A stretch of 64,000 nt of DNA. Origin: Raillietiella orientalis. Taxonomy: Eukaryota. Positions 63,841-64,000 of this stretch are shown here, piece after piece. A program made the translations under genes and the position numbers. The notes under the pieces are model-generated. The model was not told the DNA's origin and did no database searches. It saw only the letters and a program-made list of their open reading frames with translations. How positions within the stretch are numbered: position 1 is the first letter of the stretch; every line of letters starts with the position of its first letter. The stretch lies in NCBI GenBank assembly GCA_036172245.1, contig JAYWIR010000004.1, forward strand, positions 4,154,001 through 4,218,000. Reading direction: 5' to 3'.

Positions 63841-64000
63841 ATGCTTTAATAGACGAAGATCCGAGGGTGGTCCTGTAAAGGAAAAAGCGGAAGGCGCTCA
63901 TGCTATATACACACCACTTTGCTTCCAAAATGCTGCGGCTGAAAACAACTTAAATTTTTTTCTTTTGCAGAGAGCCCCGAATTCATTTATCCACCCTCGT

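Noticed and set aside
1..64000. CRISPR array, rRNA, tRNA or prokaryotic defence operon
   Set aside because: No regularly spaced repeats, RNA-gene signatures or gene-dense architecture; the sequence is intron-containing eukaryotic DNA.

Overview
Eukaryotic (invertebrate, probably arthropod-like) genomic DNA; no prokaryotic operons, rRNA, tRNA or CRISPR seen. One well-supported gene lies on the minus strand: 4 coding exons (30913-29952, 20259-20109, 19802-19663, 4067-3914), all GT-AG and phase-consistent, encoding a 468-aa tandem MATH/TRAF-like protein with a C-terminal coiled coil, from a conserved but uncharacterised invertebrate family. Four small plus-strand exons with good splice signals (4170-4218, 7384-7469, 7542-7582, 10319 onward) lie inside its 15.6-kb last intron and splice into an open frame. 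They are probably the 3' end of a second, convergent, interleaved gene with a CCCCC cluster. Most of the remaining sequence is heavily eroded non-LTR retrotransposon fossil (Tx1/L1-like and CR1/L2/Jockey-like RT, endonuclease and ORF1 motifs on both strands), plus a BEL/Pao integrase remnant, a possible gypsy gag-protease remnant, a pogo/Tigger-like MITE and possible piggyBac ends. Other notable points: sharp GC-rich/AT-rich domains that the gene's codon third positions follow, and perfect short-loop hairpins in otherwise decayed DNA. TE calls rest on by-eye motif recognition and their boundaries are approximate. I found no convincing novel multi-gene system.
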